Below, in pieces: positions 27,506-30,080 of a stretch of 30,080 nt of DNA (position 1 is the first letter of the stretch; every line of letters starts with the position of its first letter). Both the position numbers and the translations under genes were made by a program. The stretch comes from a virus (Duplodnaviria; Caudoviricetes), in the IMG/VR virus record IMGVR_UViG_3300012952_000079, positions 1 to 30,080 of that record; one strand, given 5' to 3'. The notes below the pieces were generated by a model that saw only the letters and a list, made by a program, of their open reading frames with translations, ran no database searches and was not told where the DNA came from.

Positions 27506-28294
27506 ATGGCGAAATATAGACAGATACATACAACTTTTTGGAATGATCCTTTAATACTGGATCTAACTCCAGAACAGAAGTATTTTTATATATACTTACT
27601 TACTAATCCTAATGTAAAACAATGTGGAATTTATGAGATTTCAGTAAGGCAAATTACTTATCATACTGGATATAATAAAGAAACTGTAGAAAAGCTTTTA
27701 GAGTTATTTATAGGACTTAATAAAATAGTATTAAGTAAAAAAACTAATGAAATAGCTTTAGTAAATTTTTTAAAGTATAATTATTCAGCTTCTCCTACTG
27801 TTAAAAAGTGTATAGAGAAGGAACTAGAAGAAGTAAAAAATAAAGAACTTATAAAGTATATATATAGTATAGATACACTAGATATAGAGTATAATAGTAA
27901 TAATAAGAATAAGAATAATAATAATAATAAAAAAAAGAATAATAATAATAATAGTTTTCCTACAACAGAAGATTCTTTTAAAGATTATGTTATTAAATTA
28001 GAATATAAAGAACATCATAAAGATTTTATAGATTACTGGACTGAAGGATGGCCGCAAAAAATGAGATTTCAATATGAGAAAACTTTTAGTATAGAAAAAA
28101 GGTTATCTAGATGGGCTAAAAATCAATTTGCTACTAAAAAAAATGGAATGCCAGATTTTTATGATAAAGCTTATGCTCAAAGAATAGCACAAGATCAAAG
28201 TCAACAAAAAAAATATAGAGAACACTTGAGAAGTTTAGGATATGAGCAGAAAATGAGTTATAATGGAGAGCCATCATGGATAAAAAGTAAATAA
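27506..28294 (+). CDS. Phage replication initiator / replisome organiser
   Basis: MAKYRQIHTTFWNDP....LTPEQKYFYIYLLTN.....CGIY N-terminal wHTH; Asn/Lys linker; C-terminal F.DYWTE....MRF..EKTF...RL.RW. Confidence 0.78.
   Translation: MAKYRQIHTTFWNDPLILDLTPEQKYFYIYLLTNPNVKQCGIYEISVRQITYHTGYNKETVEKLLELFIGLNKIVLSKKTNEIALVNFLKYNYSASPTVKKCIEKELEEVKNKELIKYIYSIDTLDIEYNSNNKNKNNNNNKKKNNNNNSFPTTEDSFKDYVIKLEYKEHHKDFIDYWTEGWPQKMRFQYEKTFSIEKRLSRWAKNQFATKKNGMPDFYDKAYAQRIAQDQSQQKKYREHLRSLGYEQKMSYNGEPSWIKSK
27892..27955 (+). repeat. (AAT)n/(AAGAAT)n low-complexity tract in the initiator gene
   Basis: aatagtaataataagaataagaataataataataataaaaaaaagaataataataataatagt encoding NSNNKNKNNNNNKKKNNNNNS. Confidence 0.8.
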
Positions 28295-28295
28295 T

Positions 28296-28706
28296 ATGGA
28301 TTTAAAAAAATTACCTATAAAAGATATTTATAATTTAGTAATAGAAGGAGAAATAGATCCTTTAAAAGCTGTTATAGTATTAAAAGAAATAGAAAAAAAG
28401 GCAAAAGAATATAAAGCTATGATAGATGAAATAGCTTTAGATGAGATTACTAAATATGGTAGAGGAGGAACTGAAATAGATGGTTTTTCTATAAGTACTA
28501 GATCATCAGCTGGAAGATGGGATTTTAAACATATAAAAGAAATTCAGGATCTAGAAAAACAGCTAAAAGAACTTAAAGATAAACATAAAGGAGCTTATAA
28601 TAATATGACTAGAAATTTAACTACTTTAGGAGAAGGAGGAGAAGTAATAATACCCGCTAATTTTAAACAGGGTAAAGATATAATAGTAATAAGTAAAAAT
28701 AAATAA
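28296..28706 (+). CDS. Hypothetical protein
   Basis: 136 aa; GEIDPL..., RWDF, coiled coil, GEVI.PA. Confidence 0.75.
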   Translation: MDLKKLPIKDIYNLVIEGEIDPLKAVIVLKEIEKKAKEYKAMIDEIALDEITKYGRGGTEIDGFSISTRSSAGRWDFKHIKEIQDLEKQLKELKDKHKGAYNNMTRNLTTLGEGGEVIIPANFKQGKDIIVISKNK

Positions 28707-28707
28707 A

Positions 28708-28821
28708 ATGGAATATATTATAATAGGATTTAGTTTATTAATAGGTTTTTTAGCAGGAATGTATTTAACTACTCAAATAGGGATCTGGATTAAAAATAAA
28801 ATTAAAAATGGTAAATTATAA
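28708..28821 (+). CDS. Small single-TM protein (37 aa, not in ORF track)
   Basis: MEYIIIGFSLLIGFLAGMYLTTQIGIWIKNKIKNGKL; starts 1 nt after upstream stop and overlaps next start. Confidence 0.65.
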   Translation: MEYIIIGFSLLIGFLAGMYLTTQIGIWIKNKIKNGKL

Positions 28822-29134
28822 AAAAGTTTATTGTAATTATTTTGGATATGATGTAGGAGATCTAATAAAGTGTGAGATATGTTTATATGATTTACATCTT
28901 CCTTTTAGTGAAAAAACTAAAGTTAGAGAAGCTGTAGATATACATCATATATCTCCTAGAGGTTTAGGAGGATCAAAGTTAAAAGATTATCCTGAAAATT
29001 TAGTGGCTTTATGTAGAGAGTGTCATATAGAAGTAGAACTATGTAAAGAGAAAAATAAAAGATGTAAGATAATTCATCTAAAGAATATAATTAAGAAACT
29101 GGAAGAAGAACAGATAGGTAAAATAAATTGGTAA
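28808..29134 (+). CDS. HNH endonuclease-like protein
   Basis: CEIC...DIHHI.PRG.GG.....ENLVALCRECH. Confidence 0.85.
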   Translation: MVNYKKVYCNYFGYDVGDLIKCEICLYDLHLPFSEKTKVREAVDIHHISPRGLGGSKLKDYPENLVALCRECHIEVELCKEKNKRCKIIHLKNIIKKLEEEQIGKINW

Positions 29135-29337
29135 TGACTAAACTATATATGAATAATAAAAAGAATAATATAGAAGATACATCTATTACAGAATACTTTA
29201 CTCATATAGGAGAGAGAGCTGTAATATACAATAAGAGAATTAATAAGGAGATAGAAGGCCTGGATAAATTTAATAAGGAACAGAAGAAAATAATTAAAGA
29301 ATTTTTTATACATCTATTAAAGGAGTTAGATAAATGA
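29128..29337 (+). CDS. Hypothetical protein
   Basis: 69 aa ORF; true start uncertain (29134 or 29149). Confidence 0.55.
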   Translation: MVMTKLYMNNKKNNIEDTSITEYFTHIGERAVIYNKRINKEIEGLDKFNKEQKKIIKEFFIHLLKELDK

Positions 29338-29348
29338 AAATAATTAAT

Positions 29349-29356
29349 TATATTTG
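29349..29356 (+). promoter_or_regulatory. Bacteroidota-type -7 element TATATTTG
   Basis: Exact TAnnTTTG match at the start of a 110-nt intergenic gap. Confidence 0.7.
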
Positions 29357-29359
29357 TAT

Positions 29360-29435
29360 ATCCTCTTATGAGGTTTTTGTATTGTTTCTGTTTTGTAAGG
29401 GCTTATATACTTTTAGTATGTAGGCCTTTGCTGTT
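29360..29435 (+). ncRNA. Candidate trans-acting small RNA (5' mini-hairpin, U-rich seed, 3' hairpin)
   Basis: Follows promoter; CCTC-TTAT-GAGG hairpin, seed TATTGTTTCTGTTTT (29380-29394) complementary to several gene leaders, 14-bp stem 29397-29429. Confidence 0.55.
29397..29429 (+). terminator. Terminator-like hairpin
   Basis: AAGGGCTTATATAC-TTTTA-GTATGTAGGCCTTT, 14 bp with 3 G:U pairs; short U tail. Confidence 0.6.
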
Positions 29436-29447
29436 TAATATATATAT

Positions 29448-29672
29448 ATGAATGAGATAAATATAAATGATTTACTTAATATGGCTGGTAATAATGTATA
29501 TGATACAGAGTATAGCCATAAGCTTACTATCAGTTGTAAGCATAGTACTTTTATAATGTTTAAGGAACTAAAGGAGAAACTAAAGCTACTAGGTATTAAG
29601 GTTAATAATGCCCAGTTATTTGAGTATATGATAGTAGAGATGTATAATAGTAATTTAAATAGTTTAGAGTAA
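29448..29672 (+). CDS. Hypothetical protein (possible small DNA-binding protein)
   Basis: 74 aa; strand-helix-helix-like pattern KLTISC...TF..FKELKEKL....NNAQLFEYMI. Confidence 0.6.
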   Translation: MNEININDLLNMAGNNVYDTEYSHKLTISCKHSTFIMFKELKEKLKLLGIKVNNAQLFEYMIVEMYNSNLNSLE

Positions 29673-30007
29673 TGGCTTACCTTCCTACTACTACTAAATA
29701 CAAATGGATAAGGAAGATTAAAAAAGATTATAATAAATCTTATTCAGATCCTGAAATAGCTAAGCTATATAATACTACTAGATGGAAGAAGATGAGGGGC
29801 TGGTATATTAAAAGAAATCCTATATGTGTTATGTGTAAGGAAAAAAATATAATTAAAGAAGCTTATGTAGTAGATCATATTAAAGAAGTAGCTGATGGTG
29901 GTAGTATGTTTGATTACTCTAACCTTCAGAGTTTATGTGATCCATGCCATAGAAGTAAAACTAGTTTAGCTGTACATAATAGATATAAAAAGAAAAATAA
30001 TAAATAA
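29672..30007 (+). CDS. Packaging-associated HNH endonuclease (HK97 gp74-like)
   Basis: YNTTRWKKMR...NPICVMC...VVDHI...GG...NLQSLCDPCH..KT; precedes terS on the circular map. Confidence 0.9.
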   Translation: MAYLPTTTKYKWIRKIKKDYNKSYSDPEIAKLYNTTRWKKMRGWYIKRNPICVMCKEKNIIKEAYVVDHIKEVADGGSMFDYSNLQSLCDPCHRSKTSLAVHNRYKKKNNK

Positions 30008-30037
30008 AAAAAAAATAAAATTTTTGAGGAGTAGATA

Positions 30038-30049
30038 AGGGGAGGGGGC
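30038..30049 (+). other. G-rich tract in the presumed cos/packaging region
   Basis: GGGGAGGGGGC in otherwise ~A/T DNA between HNH and terS, where HK97-like phages carry cos. Confidence 0.4.
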
Positions 30050-30080
30050 TTTTAATCATAAATTCATTTTCTCTCCATAA

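Noticed and set aside
1-30080. CRISPR array, tRNA, DGR, intron/intein or stop-codon reassignment
   Set aside because: No repeat-spacer array, cloverleaf or reverse transcriptase seen; core genes have normal lengths and pack tightly under the standard code

Overview
The window is a very AT-rich, single-strand-coded, near-complete siphovirus (HK97-type head, lambda/TP901-type non-contractile tail) genome of about 30 kb, opened between the packaging HNH gene (right end) and the terminase small subunit (left end), i.e. around the expected cos region. TAnnTTTG promoter motifs, A-rich leaders without Shine-Dalgarno sites and a DUF3127-like SSB point to a Bacteroidota (probably Flavobacteria) host (inference). 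Gene order: terS, C5 DNA methyltransferase, PAPS-reductase-like protein, terL, a separately transcribed block of 4 small genes, portal, P-loop/prohead-protease fusion, capsid, head-tail genes, two paralogous extended tail-terminator proteins, two paralogous tail-tube proteins, frameshifted tail chaperones, tape measure, tail tip, a secreted beta-barrel/thioredoxin-fold cassette, lysis genes, metallophosphoesterase, then replication/early genes and two HNH nucleases. No integrase, repressor, tRNA or CRISPR was recognised. The best candidate for an undescribed system is a ~75-nt promoter-seed-hairpin RNA at ~29360-29435 whose single-stranded seed is complementary to the leaders of several early genes, including the start codon of the replication initiator. 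Strong avoidance of GATGC/GCATC and the duplicated tail genes also stand out. All product calls are from motif recognition and synteny, not database searches.
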